Shown: piece by piece, positions 41,201 through 55,400 of the stretch
Position numbering within the stretch: position 1 is the stretch's first letter
Layout: each line of letters begins with the position of its first letter
Assembly (NCBI RefSeq): GCF_009914755.1
Contig: NC_060946.1
From: the human T2T-CHM13v2.0 reference genome, Homo sapiens
DNA: 64,000 nucleotides
Reading direction: 5' to 3' (one strand)
The notes under the pieces: generated by a model
Seen by the model: only the letters and a program-made list of their open reading frames with translations
What the model was told of the DNA's origin: nothing
The model's database searches: none
Program-made: the position numbers and the translations under genes

Positions 41201-44200
41201 ACATCACAAAGAAGTTCCTCAGAATGCTTCTGTCTAGTTTATATGTGAAGAAGATTCCTATTTCACCATAGGCAATAAAGGGCTCGCAAATATTTTTTGC
41301 AGATTCTACAAAAAGACTGTATCCAAACTGCTCAATAAAAAGAAAGTTTTAACTCTGTTAGATTAATGGACACATCGAAAGGTAGTTTCTCAGAAATCTT
41401 CTGTTTAGTTTTTATGGGAAGATATTTCCTTTGTCACCATTGGCCTCAAAGCACTCCTAATATCCATTTACAGATTTCACAAAAAGAGTGTTTCCAAACA
41501 GCTCAATCAAAAGAAAGTGTTTAACTCTGTGAGGTGAAAGCACACATCTCCAAGAAGTTTCTCAGAAAGCTTCGGTCTACTTTTCATGTGAAGATATTTC
41601 CAGTTTCAACGTAGGCCTCAAAGGGCTAAGAAATATCCCTTTCCAGATTCTAAAAGACGACCGTTTCCATACTTCTCAATCCAAAGAAAGGTTAAATTCT
41701 CTGAGGTTAATGCCCACGTCAGAATGAAGTTTCTCAGAATTCTCCTGTCTAGTTTCTATGTGAAGATATTTACTATTTCACTATAGGCTTCAAAGGTCTC
41801 AAAAATATCCCTTTGCAGATTCTACAAAAATATGGTTTCCACAGTGCTGAATTAAAAGAAACCTTCAACTCTGTCAGATGAATGGAGACATCACAAAGAA
41901 GTTCCTCGGAATGCTTCTGTCTAGTTTAAATGTGAAGATATTTCTCTTTCACCACAGACCTCAAATGGCTCAGAAATATGCCTTTGCAGATTGCAGAAAA
42001 AGACTGTCTCTAAACTGCTCAAATAAAATAAAGTTTCAACACTGTGAGATGAATGCACACATCACAAAGAAGTTTCTCAGAAAGCTTCTGTCTAGTTTTT
42101 ATGTGAAGATATTTCCTTTTTCAGCATAGTCCTTACACCGCTCACAAATATCCTTCTGCAGATACTAGAAAAAGACTGTTTCCAAACTGCTCCATCAAAA
42201 GAAAATTTCACCTACCTGAGATGAATGCACCCATCATAAAGAAGTTTCTCAGAATTCTTCTGTCTAGATTTTATGTGAAGATATTTCCATTTTCACCTTA
42301 GGCCACAAAGCGCTCCACACATCCCTTTGCAGATGATACGAAAAGACTGTTTCCAAACTGCTCAATCAAAAGAAATTTTCAACTCTGTGAGATGAAAGCA
42401 ACCATCACAAAAAAGTTTCTCAGAAATCTCCTGTCTAGTTTTTATGACAAGATAATTCCTATTTTGCCATAGGAATCAAGGGGCTCACAAATATCCCTTT
42501 GCAGATTCTACAAAAGTTCTGTTTACAAACCTCTCAATCAAAAGAAACGTTCAACATTGTGAGATGAATGAACACATCACAAAGAAGTTTCTCAGAATGC
42601 TTCTGTCTGGTTACTCTGTGAAGATATTTCTTTTTTCACCACAGTCTTTAAGCCACTCAAAAATATCTGTCTGCAGACCCTACAAAAAGACTGTTTCCAA
42701 ACTGGCCCATATAGCATGTTTCAACTATGTGAAATGAATGCACTCATCAAAGAGAAGTTTCTCAGAATTCTTCTGTCTAGTTTTTATGTGAAGATATTTC
42801 CTTCTTCACCGTAGGCCGCAAATTGCTCCAAATATCCATTTGCGGATTCTACAGAAAGAATGTTTCCAAACTGGTCAATCAACAGAAAGGCTCAACTCTG
42901 TGAGACGAAAGCACACATCACAAAGAAGTTTCTCAGAAAGCTTCTGTCTACATTTTATGTGAAGGTATTTCCCTTGGCACCGTAGGCCTTAAACCACTCA
43001 CAAACATAACTCCGCTTATACTACCAAGAGACTTTCTCCAAATCGCTAAATCAAAAGAAACGTTCAACTCTGTGAGATGAATACACACATCAAAAAGAAG
43101 TTTCTCAAAATGCTTCTGTCTAGTTTTCATGTGAAGATGTTTATTTTTCACCATTGACCCCAAACGGCTCAGATATATCCCTTTGCAGTTTGTAGGAAAA
43201 GAATGTTTCCAAACTGCTCAATGAAAAGAAATGGTCAACTATTAGAGATGAATGGAAATGTCACAAAGAGTTTTCTCAAAAAGCTACTGTGTCGTTTTTA
43301 TGTGAAGACGTTTCCATTTTCACTCTAGGCCTTAAAACTCTCTAAATATGCATTCACAGATTCTACAAAAAGACTGATTCCAAACTGCTCAATCAGAAGA
43401 AAGGTTCAATTCCGTGTGACAAACGTGCACATCAGAAAGAAATTTGTCAGAAACCTTCTGTCTACTTTTTACGTGAAGATATTTCATATTTCAACAAAGG
43501 CCATAAAGGGCTCACAAATATCCCTTTGCAGATTCTAAGAAAAGACATTTTCCAAACTCCTCAATCAAAAGAAAGGTTTCACTCTGTGCGATGAATGGAC
43601 ACATCACAAAGAAGTTTCTCAGAAAGCTTCTGTCTACTTTTTATGTGAGGCTATTTCTTGTTCACCATAGGCCTCAAGCAGCTAAGAAATTTCCCTCTGC
43701 AGCTTCTACAAAAGACTGGTTCCAAACTGCTCAACTGAAAGGAAGGTTGAATTCTGTGACATGAATTCACACATCACAAAGAGGTTTTTCAGAAATCTTC
43801 TGTCTAGTTTTTATGTGAAGATACTTCCTTTTTCACCAAGGGCCTCAAATATCTCCAAATATCCATTTGCAGATTCTACAGAAAGACTTCCCAAACTGCT
43901 CAATCAAAAGAAAGGTTCAACACAGTGAGATGAAGGCACACATCACAAAGAAGTTTCTCAGAAATCTCCTGTCTAGTTTTTATTTGAAGATATTTCGTAT
44001 TTCACCAAAGACCACAAGGGGCTCACAAATATCCCTTTGCAGGTTCCACAAAAAGACTGTTTCCAAACTGCTCAATCAAAAGAAAGGTTCAACTCTGTGA
44101 CGTGAATGGACTCATCGCAGAAAATTTCTTGGAATGATTCCGTCTAGTTTTTATGGGAAGATGTTTCTCTTTCACCATAAGCCTCAAACGGATCAGAATT

Positions 44201-46200
44201 CTCCCTTTGCAGTTTGTACAATAAGCCTCTTTCCAATCTGCTCAATCAAAAGAAAGTTTCAACTCTGTGAGGTGAATGCACACATCACAAGGGAGTTTCT
44301 CAGAAAGCTTCTGTTTAGTTTTTACGTGAAGATGTTTCGTTTTTCAACATGGGCCTCAGGATCTCTCCAAATATCCATTTGCAGATTCTAGAAAAAGAGT
44401 GTTTCCAAACTCCTCAATCAAAAGAAAGTTTCAATTCCGTGAGATGAAAGCACACATCACAACGAAGTTTCTTAGAAAGCTTCTGTCTAGTTTTTATGTG
44501 AAGATACTTCACAGTGCATCATAGTACTCAATGGGCTCAGAAATATCCCTTGGCAGATTCTACAAAAGGACTGTTTCAAAACTGCTCAATCCAAAGAAAG
44601 TTTCAACTATGTGAGATGAATGCACACATCACAAAGAAGTTCCTCAGAATGCTTCTGTCTAGTTTATATGTGAAGAAGATTCCTATTTCACCATAGGCAA
44701 TAAAGGGCTCGCAAATATTTTTTGCAGATTCTACAAAAAGACTGTATCCAAACTGCTCAATAAAAAGAAAGTTTTAACTCTGTTAGATTAATGGACACAT
44801 CGAAAGGTAGTTTCTCAGAAATCTTCTGTTTAGTTTTTATGGGAAGATATTTCCTTTGTCACCATTGGCCTCAAAGCACTCCTAATATCCATTTACAGAT
44901 TTCACAAAAAGAGTGTTTCCAAACAGCTCAATCAAAAGAAAGTGTTTAACTCTGTGAGGTGAAAGCACACATCTCCAAGAAGTTTCTCAGAAAGCTTCGG
45001 TCTACTTTTCATGTGAAGATATTTCCAGTTTCAACGTAGGCCTCAAAGGGCTAAGAAATATCCCTTTCCAGATTCTAAAAGACGACCGTTTCCATACTTC
45101 TCAATCCAAAGAAAGGTTAAATTCTCTGAGGTTAATGCCCACGTCAGAATGAAGTTTCTCAGAATTCTCCTGTCTAGTTTCTATGTGAAGATATTTACTA
45201 TTTCACTATAGGCTTCAAAGGTCTCAAAAATATCCCTTTGCAGATTCTACAAAAATATGGTTTCCACAGTGCTGAATTAAAAGAAACCTTCAACTCTGTC
45301 AGATGAATGGAGACATCACAAAGAAGTTCCTCGGAATGCTTCTGTCTAGTTTAAATGTGAAGATATTTCTCTTTCACCACAGACCTCAAATGGCTCAGAA
45401 ATATGCCTTTGCAGATTGCAGAAAAAGACTGTCTCTAAACTGCTCAAATAAAATAAAGTTTCAACACTGTGAGATGAATGCACACATCACAAAGAAGTTT
45501 CTCAGAAAGCTTCTGTCTAGTTTTTATGTGAAGATATTTCCTTTTTCAGCATAGTCCTTACACCGCTCACAAATATCCTTCTGCAGATACTAGAAAAAGA
45601 CTGTTTCCAAACTGCTCCATCAAAAGAAAATTTCACCTACCTGAGATGAATGCACCCATCATAAAGAAGTTTCTCAGAATTCTTCTGTCTAGATTTTATG
45701 TGAAGATATTTCCATTTTCACCTTAGGCCACAAAGCGCTCCACACATCCCTTTGCAGATGATACGAAAAGACTGTTTCCAAACTGCTCAATCAAAAGAAA
45801 TTTTCAACTCTGTGAGATGAAAGCAACCATCACAAAAAAGTTTCTCAGAAATCTCCTGTCTAGTTTTTATGACAAGATAATTCCTATTTTGCCATAGGAA
45901 TCAAGGGGCTCACAAATATCCCTTTGCAGATTCTACAAAAGTTCTGTTTACAAACCTCTCAATCAAAAGAAACGTTCAACATTGTGAGATGAATGAACAC
46001 ATCACAAAGAAGTTTCTCAGAATGCTTCTGTCTGGTTACTCTGTGAAGATATTTCTTTTTTCACCACAGTCTTTAAGCCACTCAAAAATATCTGTCTGCA
46101 GACCCTACAAAAAGACTGTTTCCAAACTGGCCCATATAGCATGTTTCAACTATGTGAAATGAATGCACTCATCAAAGAGAAGTTTCTCAGAATTCTTCTG
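35300..46200. repeat. Copy 1 of a ~11-kb multi-HOR block duplicated at +17,124 bp
   Basis: An ordered series of rare variants recurs exactly 17,124 bp later (listed in findings). Boundaries are approximate and set by the nearest discordant SNVs. Confidence 0.85.
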
Positions 46201-49200
46201 TCTAGTTTTTATCTGAAGATATTTCCTTCTTCACCGTAGGCCGCAAATTGCTCCAAATATCCATTTGCGGATTCTACAGAAAGAATGTTTCCAAACTGGT
46301 CAATCAACAGAAAGGCTCAACTCTGTGAGACGAAAGCACACATCACAAAGAAGTTTCTCAGAAAGCTTCTGTCTACATTTTATGTGAAGGTATTTCCTTT
46401 GGCACCGTAGGCCTTAAACCACTCACAAACATAACTCCGCTTATACTACCAAGAGACTTTCTCCAAATCGCTAAATCAAAAGAAACGTTCAACTCTGTGA
46501 GATGAATACACACATCAAAAAGAAGTTTCTCAAAATGCTTCTGTCTAGTTTTCATGTGAAGATGTTTATTTTTCACCATTGACCCCAAACGGCTCAGATA
46601 TATCCCTTTGCAGTTTGTAGGAAAAGAATGTTTCCAAACTGCTCAATGAAAAGAAATGGTCAACTATTAGAGATGAATGGAAATGTCACAAAGAGTTTTC
46701 TCAAAAAGCTACTGTGTCGTTTTTATGTGAAGACGTTTCCATTTTCACTCTAGGCCTTAAAACTCTCTAAATATGCATTCACAGATTCTACAAAAAGACT
46801 GATTCCAAACTGCTCAATCAGAAGAAAGGTTCAATTCCGTGTGACAAACGTGCACATCACAAAGAAATTTGTCAGAAACCTTCTGTCTACTTTTTACGTG
46901 AAGACATTTCATATTTCAACAAAGGCCATAAAGGGCTCACAAATATCCCTTTGCAGATTCTAAGAAAAGACATTTTCCAAACTCCTCAATCAAAAGAAAG
47001 GTTTCACTCTGTGCGATGAATGGACACATCACAAAGAAGTTTCTCAGAAAGCTTCTGTCTACTTTTTATGTGAGGCTATTTCTTGTTCACCATAGGCCTC
47101 AAGCAGCTAAGAAATTTCCCTCTGCAGCTTCTACAAAAGACTGGTTCCAAACTGCTCAACTGAAAGGAAGGTTGAATTCTGTGACATGAATTCACACATC
47201 ACAAAGAGGTTTTTCAGAAATCTTCTGTCTAGTTTTTATGTGAAGATACTTCCTTTTTCACCAAGGGCCTCAAATATCTCCAAATATCCATTTGCAGATT
47301 CTACAGAAAGACTTCCCAAACTGCTCAATCAAAAGAAAGGTTCAACACAGTGAGATGAAGGCACACATCACAAAGAAGTTTCTCAGAAATCTCCTGTCTA
47401 GTTTTTATTTGAAGATATTTCGTATTTCACCAAAGACCACAAGGGGCTCACAAATATCCCTTTGCAGGTTCCACAAAAAGACTGTTTCCAAACTGCTCAA
47501 TCAAAAGAAAGGTTCAACTCTGTGACGTGAATGGACTCATCGCAGAAAATTTCTTGGAATGATTCCGTCTAGTTTTTATGGGAAGATGTTTCTCTTTCAC
47601 CATAAGCCTCAAACGGATCAGAATTCTCCCTTTGCAGTTTGTACAATAAGCCTCTTTCCAATCTGCTCAATCAAAAGAAAGTTTCAACTCTGTGAGGTGA
47701 ATGCACACATCACAAGGGAGTTTCTCAGAAAGCTTCTGTTTAGTTTTTACGTGAAGATGTTTCGTTTTTCAACATGGGCCTCAGGATCTCTCCAAATATC
47801 CATTTGCAGATTCTAGAAAAAGAGTGTTTCCAAACTCCTCAATCAAAAGAAAGTTTCAATTCCGTGAGATGAAAGCACACATCACAACGAAGTTTCTTAG
47901 AAAGCTTCTGTCTAGTTTTTATGTGAAGATACTTCACAGTGCATCATAGTACTCAATGGGCTCAGAAATATCCCTTGGCAGATTCTACAAAAGGACTGTT
48001 TCAAAACTGCTCAATCCAAAGAAAGTTTCAACTATGTGAGATGAATGCACACATCACAAAGAAGTTCCTCAGAATGCTTCTGTCTAGTTTATATGTGAAG
48101 AAGATTCCTATTTCACCATAGGCAATAAAGGGCTCGCAAATATTTTTTGCAGATTCTACAAAAAGACTGTATCCAAACTGCTCAATAAAAAGAAAGTTTT
48201 AACTCTGTTAGATTAATGGACACATCGAAAGGTAGTTTCTCAGAAATCTTCTGTTTAGTTTTTATGTGAAGATATTTCCTTTGTCACCATTGGCCTCGAA
48301 GCACTCCTAATATCCATTTACAGATTTCACAAAAAGAGTGTTTCCAAACAGCTCAATCAAAAGAAAGTGTTTAACTCTGTGAGGTGAAAGCACACATCTC
48401 CAAGAAGTTTCTCAGAAAGCTTCGGTCTACTTTTCATGTGAAGATATTTCCAGTTTCACCGTAGGCCTCAAAGGGCTAAGAAATATCCCTTTCCAGATTC
48501 TAAAAGACGACCGTTTCCATACTTTTCAATCAAAAGAAAGGTTAAATTCTCTGAGGTTAATGCCCACGTCAGAATGAAGTTTCTCAGAATTCTCCTGTCT
48601 AGTTTCTATGTGAAGATATTTACTATTTCACTATAGGCTTCAAAGGTCTCAAAAATATCCCTTTGCAGATTCTACAAAAATATGGTTTCCACAGTGCTGA
48701 ATTAAAAGAAACCTTCAACTCTGTCAGATGAATGGAGACATCACAAAGAAGTTCCTCGGAATGCTTCTGTCTAGTTTAAATGTGAAGATATTTCTCTTTC
48801 ACCACAGACCTCAAATGGCTCAGAAATATGCCTTTGCAGATTGCAGAAAAAGACTGTCTCTAAACTGCTCAAATAAAATAAAGTTTCAACACTGTGAGAT
48901 GAATGCACACATCACAAAGAAGTTTCTCAGAAAGCTTCTGTCTAGTTTTTATGTGAAGATATTTCCTTTTTCAGCGTAGTCCTTACACCGCTCACAAATA
49001 TCCTTCTGCAGATACTAGAAAAAGACTGTTTCCAAACTGCTCCATCAAAAGAAAATTTCACCTACCTGAGATGAATGCACACATCATAAAGAAGTTTCTC
49101 AGAATTCTTCTGTCTAGATTTTATGTGAAGATATTTCCATTTTCACCTTAGGCCACAGAGCGCTCCACACATCCCTTTGCAGATGATACGAAAAGACTGT

Positions 49201-52200
49201 TTCCAAACTGCTCAATCAAAAGAAATTTTCAACTCTGTGAGATGAAAGCAACCATCACAAAAAAGTTTCTCAGAAATCTCCTGTCTAGTTTTTATGACAA
49301 GATAATTCCTATTTTGCCATAGGAATCAAGGGGCTCACAAATATCCCTTTGCAGATTCTACAAAAGTTGTGTTTACAAACCTCTCAATCAAAAGAAACGT
49401 TCAACATTGTGAGATGAATGAACACATCACAAAGAAGTTTCTCAGTATGCTTCTGTCTGGTTACTCTGTGAAGATATTTCTTTTTTCACCACAGTCTTTA
49501 AGCCACTCAAAAATATCTGTCTGCAGACCCTACAAAAAGACTGTTTCCAAACTGGCCCATATAGCATGTTTCAACTATGTGAAATGAATGCACTCATCAA
49601 AGAGAAGTTTCTCAGAATTCTTCTGTCTAGTTTTTATGTGAAGATATTTCCTTCTTCACCGTAGGCCGCAAATTGCTCCAAATATCCATTTGCGGATTCT
49701 ACAGAAAGAATGTTTCCAAACTGGTCAATCAACAGAAAGGCTCAACTCTGTGAGACGAAAGCACACATCACAAAGAAGTTTCTCAGAAAGCTTCTGTCTA
49801 CATTTTATGTGAAGGTATTTCCTTTGGCACCGTAGGCCTTAAACCACTCACAAACATAACTCCGCTTATACTACCAAGAGACTTTCTCCAAATCGCTAAA
49901 TCAAAAGAAACGTTCAACTCTGTGAGATGAATACACACATCAAAAAGAAGTTTCTCAAAATGCTTCTGTCTAGTTTTCATGTGAAGATATTTATTTTTCA
50001 CCATTGACCCCAAACGGCTCAGATATATCCCTTTGCAGTTTGTAGGAAAAGAATGTTTCCAAACTGCTCAATGAAAAGAAATGGTCAACTATTAGAGATG
50101 AATGGAAATGTCACAAAGAGTTTTCTCAAAAAGCTACTGTGTCGTTTTTATGTGAAGACGTTTCCATTTTCACTCTAGGCCTTAAAACTCTCTAAATATG
50201 CATTCACAGATTCTACAAAAAGACTGATTCCAAACTGCTCAATCAGAAGAAAGGTTCAGTTCCGTGTGACAAACGTGCACATCAGAAAGAAATTTGTCAG
50301 AAACCTTCTGTCTACTTTTTACGTGAAGATATTTCATATTTCAACAAAGGCCATAAAGGGCTCACAAATATCCCTTTGCAGATTCTAAGAAAAGACATTT
50401 TCCAAACTCCTCAATCAAAAGACAGGTTTCACTCTGTGCGATGAATGGACACATCACAAAGAAGTTTCTCAGAAAGCTTCTGTCTACTTTTTATGTGAGG
50501 CTATTTCTTGTTCACCATAGGCCTCAAGCAGCTAAGAAATTTCCCTCTGCAGCTTCTACAAAAGACTGGTTCCAAACTGCTCAACTGAAAGGAAGGTTGA
50601 ATTCTGTGACATGAATTCACACATCACAAAGAGGTTTTTCAGAAATCTTCTGTCTAGTTTTTATGTGAAGATACTTCCTTTTTCACCAAGGGCCTCAAAT
50701 ATCTCCAAATATCCATTTGCAGATTCTACAGAAAGACTTCCCAAACTGCTCAATCAAAAGAAAGGTTCAACACAGTGAGATGAAGGCACACATCACAAAG
50801 AAGTTTCTCAGAAATCTCCTGTCTAGTTTTTATTTGAAGATATTTCGTATTTCACCAAAGACCACAAGGGGCTCACAAATATCCCTTTGCAGGTTCCACA
50901 AAAAGACTGTTTCCAAACTGCTCAATCAAAAGTAAGGTTCAACTCTGTGACGTGAATGGACTCATCGCAGAAAATTTCTTGGAATGATTCCGTCTAGTTT
51001 TTATGGGAAGATGTTTCTCTTTCACCATAAGCCTCAAACGGATCAGAATTCTCCCTTTGCAGTTTGTACAATAAGCCTCTTTCCAATCTGCTCAATCAAA
51101 AGAAAGTTTCAACTCTGTGAGGTGAATGCACACATCACAAGGGAGTTTCTCAGAAAGCTTCTGTTTAGTTTTTACGTGAAGATGTTTCGTTTTTCAACAT
51201 GGGCCTCAGGATCTCTCCAAATATCCATTTGCAGATTCTAGAAAAAGAGTGTTTCCAAACTCCTCAATCAAAAGAAAGTTTCAATTCCGTGAGATGAAAG
51301 CACACATCACAACGAAGTTTCTTAGAAAGCTTCTGTCTAGTTTTTATGTGAAGATACTTCACAGTGCATCATAGTACTCAATGGGCTCAGAAATATCCCT
51401 TGGCAGATTCTACAAAAGGACTGTTTCAAAACTGCTCAATCCAAAGAAAGTTTCAACTATGTGAGATGAATGCACACATCACAAAGAAGTTCCTCAGAAT
51501 GCTTCTGTCTAGTTTATATGTGAAGAAGATTCCTATTTCACCATAGGCAATAAAGGGCTCGCAAATATTTTTTGCAGATTCTACAAAAAGACTGTATCCA
51601 AACTGCTCAATAAAAAGAAAGTTTTAACTCTGTTAGATTAATGGACACATCGAAAGGTAGTTTCTCAGAAATCTTCTGTTTAGTTTTTATGTGAAGATAT
51701 TTCCTTTGTCACCATTGGCCTCGAAGCACTCCTAATATCCATTTACAGATTTCACAAAAAGAGTGTTTCCAAACAGCTCAATCAAAAGAAAGTGTTTAAC
51801 TCTGTGAGGTGAAAGCACACATCTCCAAGAAGTTTCTCAGAAAGCTTCGGTCTACTTTTCATGTGAAGATATTTCCAGTTTCACCGTAGGCCTCAAAGGG
51901 CTAAGAAATATCCCTTTCCAGATTCTAAAAGACGACCGTTTCCATACTTTTCAATCAAAAGAAAGGTTAAATTCTCTGAGGTTAATGCCCACGTCAGAAT
52001 GAAGTTTCTCAGAATTCTCCTGTCTAGTTTCTATGTGAAGATATTTACTATTTCACTATAGGCTTCAAAGGTCTCAAAAATATCCCTTTGCAGATTCTAC
52101 AAAAATATGGTTTCCACAGTGCTGAATTAAAAGAAACCTTCAACTCTGTCAGATGAATGGAGACATCACAAAGAAGTTCCTCGGAATGCTTCTGTCTAGT

Positions 52201-52423
52201 TTAAATGTGAAGATATTTCTCTTTCACCACAGACCTCAAATGGCTCAGAAATATGCCTTTGCAGATTGCAGAAAAAGACTGTCTCTAAACTGCTCAAATA
52301 AAATAAAGTTTCAACACTGTGAGATGAATGCACACATCACAAAGAAGTTTCTCAGAAAGCTTCTGTCTAGTTTTTATGTGAAGATATTTCCTTTTTCAGC
52401 GTAGTCCTTACACCGCTCACAAA

Positions 52424-55400
52424 TATCCTTCTGCAGATACTAGAAAAAGACTGTTTCCAAACTGCTCCATCAAAAGAAAATTTCACCTACCTGAGATGAA
52501 TGCACCCATCATAAAGAAGTTTCTCAGAATTCTTCTGTCTAGATTTTATGTGAAGATATTTCCATTTTCACCTTAGGCCACAAAGCGCTCCACACATCCC
52601 TTTGCAGATGATACGAAAAGACTGTTTCCAAACTGCTCAATCAAAAGAAATTTTCAACTCTGTGAGATGAAAGCAACCATCACAAAAAAGTTTCTCAGAA
52701 ATCTCCTGTCTAGTTTTTATGACAAGATAATTCCTATTTTGCCATAGGAATCAAGGGGCTCACAAATATCCCTTTGCAGATTCTACAAAAGTTCTGTTTA
52801 CAAACCTCTCAATCAAAAGAAACGTTCAACATTGTGAGATGAATGAACACATCACAAAGAAGTTTCTCAGAATGCTTCTGTCTGGTTACTCTGTGAAGAT
52901 ATTTCTTTTTTCACCACAGTCTTTAAGCCACTCAAAAATATCTGTCTGCAGACCCTACAAAAAGACTGTTTCCAAACTGGCCCATATAGCATGTTTCAAC
53001 TATGTGAAATGAATGCACTCATCAAAGAGAAGTTTCTCAGAATTCTTCTGTCTAGTTTTTATCTGAAGATATTTCCTTCTTCACCGTAGGCCGCAAATTG
53101 CTCCAAATATCCATTTGCGGATTCTACAGAAAGAATGTTTCCAAACTGGTCAATCAACAGAAAGGCTCAACTCTGTGAGACGAAAGCACACATCACAAAG
53201 AAGTTTCTCAGAAAGCTTCTGTCTACATTTTATGTGAAGGTATTTCCTTTGGCACCGTAGGCCTTAAACCACTCACAAACATAACTCCGCTTATACTACC
53301 AAGAGACTTTCTCCAAATCGCTAAATCAAAAGAAACGTTCAACTCTGTGAGATGAATACACACATCAAAAAGAAGTTTCTCAAAATGCTTCTGTCTAGTT
53401 TTCATGTGAAGATATTTATTTTTCACCATTGACCCCAAACGGCTCAGATATATCCCTTTGCAGTTTGTAGGAAAAGAATGTTTCCAAACTGCTCAATGAA
53501 AAGAAATGGTCAACTATTAGAGATGAATGGAAATGTCACAAAGAGTTTTCTCAAAAAGCTACTGTGTCGTTTTTATGTGAAGACGTTTCCATTTTCACTC
53601 TAGGCCTTAAAACTCTCTAAATATGCATTCACAGATTCTACAAAAAGACTGATTCCAAACTGCTCAATCAGAAGAAAGGTTCAATTCCGTGTGACAAACG
53701 TGCACATCAGAAAAAATTTGTCAGAAACCTTCTGTCTACTTTTTACGTGAAGATATTTCATATTTCAACAAAGGCCATAAAGGGCTCACAAATATCCCTT
53801 TGCAGATTCTAAGAAAAGACATTTTCCAAACTCCTCAATCAAAAGAAAGGTTTCACTCTGTGCGATGAATGGACACATCACAAAGAAGTTTCTCAGAAAG
53901 CTTCTGTCTACTTTTTATGTGAGGCTATTTCTTGTTCACCATAGGCCTCAAGCAGCTAAGAAATTTCCCTCTGCAGCTTCTACAAAAGACTGGTTCCAAA
54001 CTGCTCAACTGAAAGGAAGGTTGAATTCTGTGACATGAATTCACACATCACAAAGAGGTTTTTCAGAAATCTTCTGTCTAGTTTTTATGTGAAGATACTT
54101 CCTTTTTCACCAAGGGCCTCAAATATCTCCAAATATCCATTTGCAGATTCTACAGAAAGACTTCCCAAACTGCTCAATCAAAAGAAAGGTTCAACACAGT
54201 GAGATGAAGGCACACATCACAAAGAAGTTTCTCAGAAATCTCCTGTCTAGTTTTTATTTGAAGATATTTCGTATTTCACCAAAGACCACAAGGGGCTCAC
54301 AAATATCCCTTTGCAGGTTCCACAAAAAGACTGTTTCCAAACTTCTCAATCAAAAGAAAGGTTCAACTCTGTGACGTGAATGGACTCATCGCAGAAAATT
54401 TCTTGGAATGATTCCGTCTAGTTTTTATGGGAAGATGTTTCTCTTTCACCATAATCCTCAAACGGATCAGAATTCTCCCTTTGCAGTTTGTACAATAAGC
54501 CTCTTTCCAATCTGCTCAATCAAAAGAAAGTTTCAACTCTCTGAGGTGAATGCACACATCACAAGGGAGTTTCTCAGAAAGCTTCTGTTTAGTTTTTATG
54601 TGAAGATGTTTCGTTTTTCAACATGGGCCTCAGGATCTCTCCAAATATCCATTTGCAGATTCTAGAAAAAGAGTGTTTCCAAACTCCTCAATCAAAAGAA
54701 AGTTTCAATTCCGTGAGATGAAAGCACACATCACAACGAAGTTTCTTAGAAAGCTTCTGTCTAGTTTTTATGTGAAGATACTTCACAGTGCATCATAGTA
54801 CTCAATGGGCTCAGAAATATCCCTTGGCAGATTCTACAAAAGGACTGTTTCAAAACTGCTCAATCCAAAGAAAGTTTCAACTATGTGAGATGAATGCACA
54901 CATCACAAAGAAGTTCCTCAGAATGCTTCTGTCTAGTTTATATGTGAAGAAGATTCCTATTTCACCATAGGCAATAAAGGGCTCGCAAATATTTTTTGCA
55001 GATTCTACAAAAAGACTGTATCCAAACTGCTCAATAAAAAGAAAGTTTTAACTCTGTTAGATTAATGGACACATCGAAAGGTAGTTTCTCAGAAATCTTC
55101 TGTTTAGTTTTTATGTGAAGATATTTCCTTTGTCACCATTGGCCTCGAAGCACTCCTAATATCCATTTACAGATTTCACAAAAAGAGTGTTTCCAAACAG
55201 CTCAATCAAAAGAAAGTGTTTAACTCTGTGAGGTGAAAGCACACATCTCCAAGAAGTTTCTCAGAAAGCTTCGGTCTACTTTTCATGTGAAGATATTTCC
55301 AGTTTCACCGTAGGCCTCAAAGGGCTAAGAAATATCCCTTTCCAGATTCTAAAAGACGACCGTTTCCATACTTCTCAATCAAAAGAAAGGTTAAATTCTC

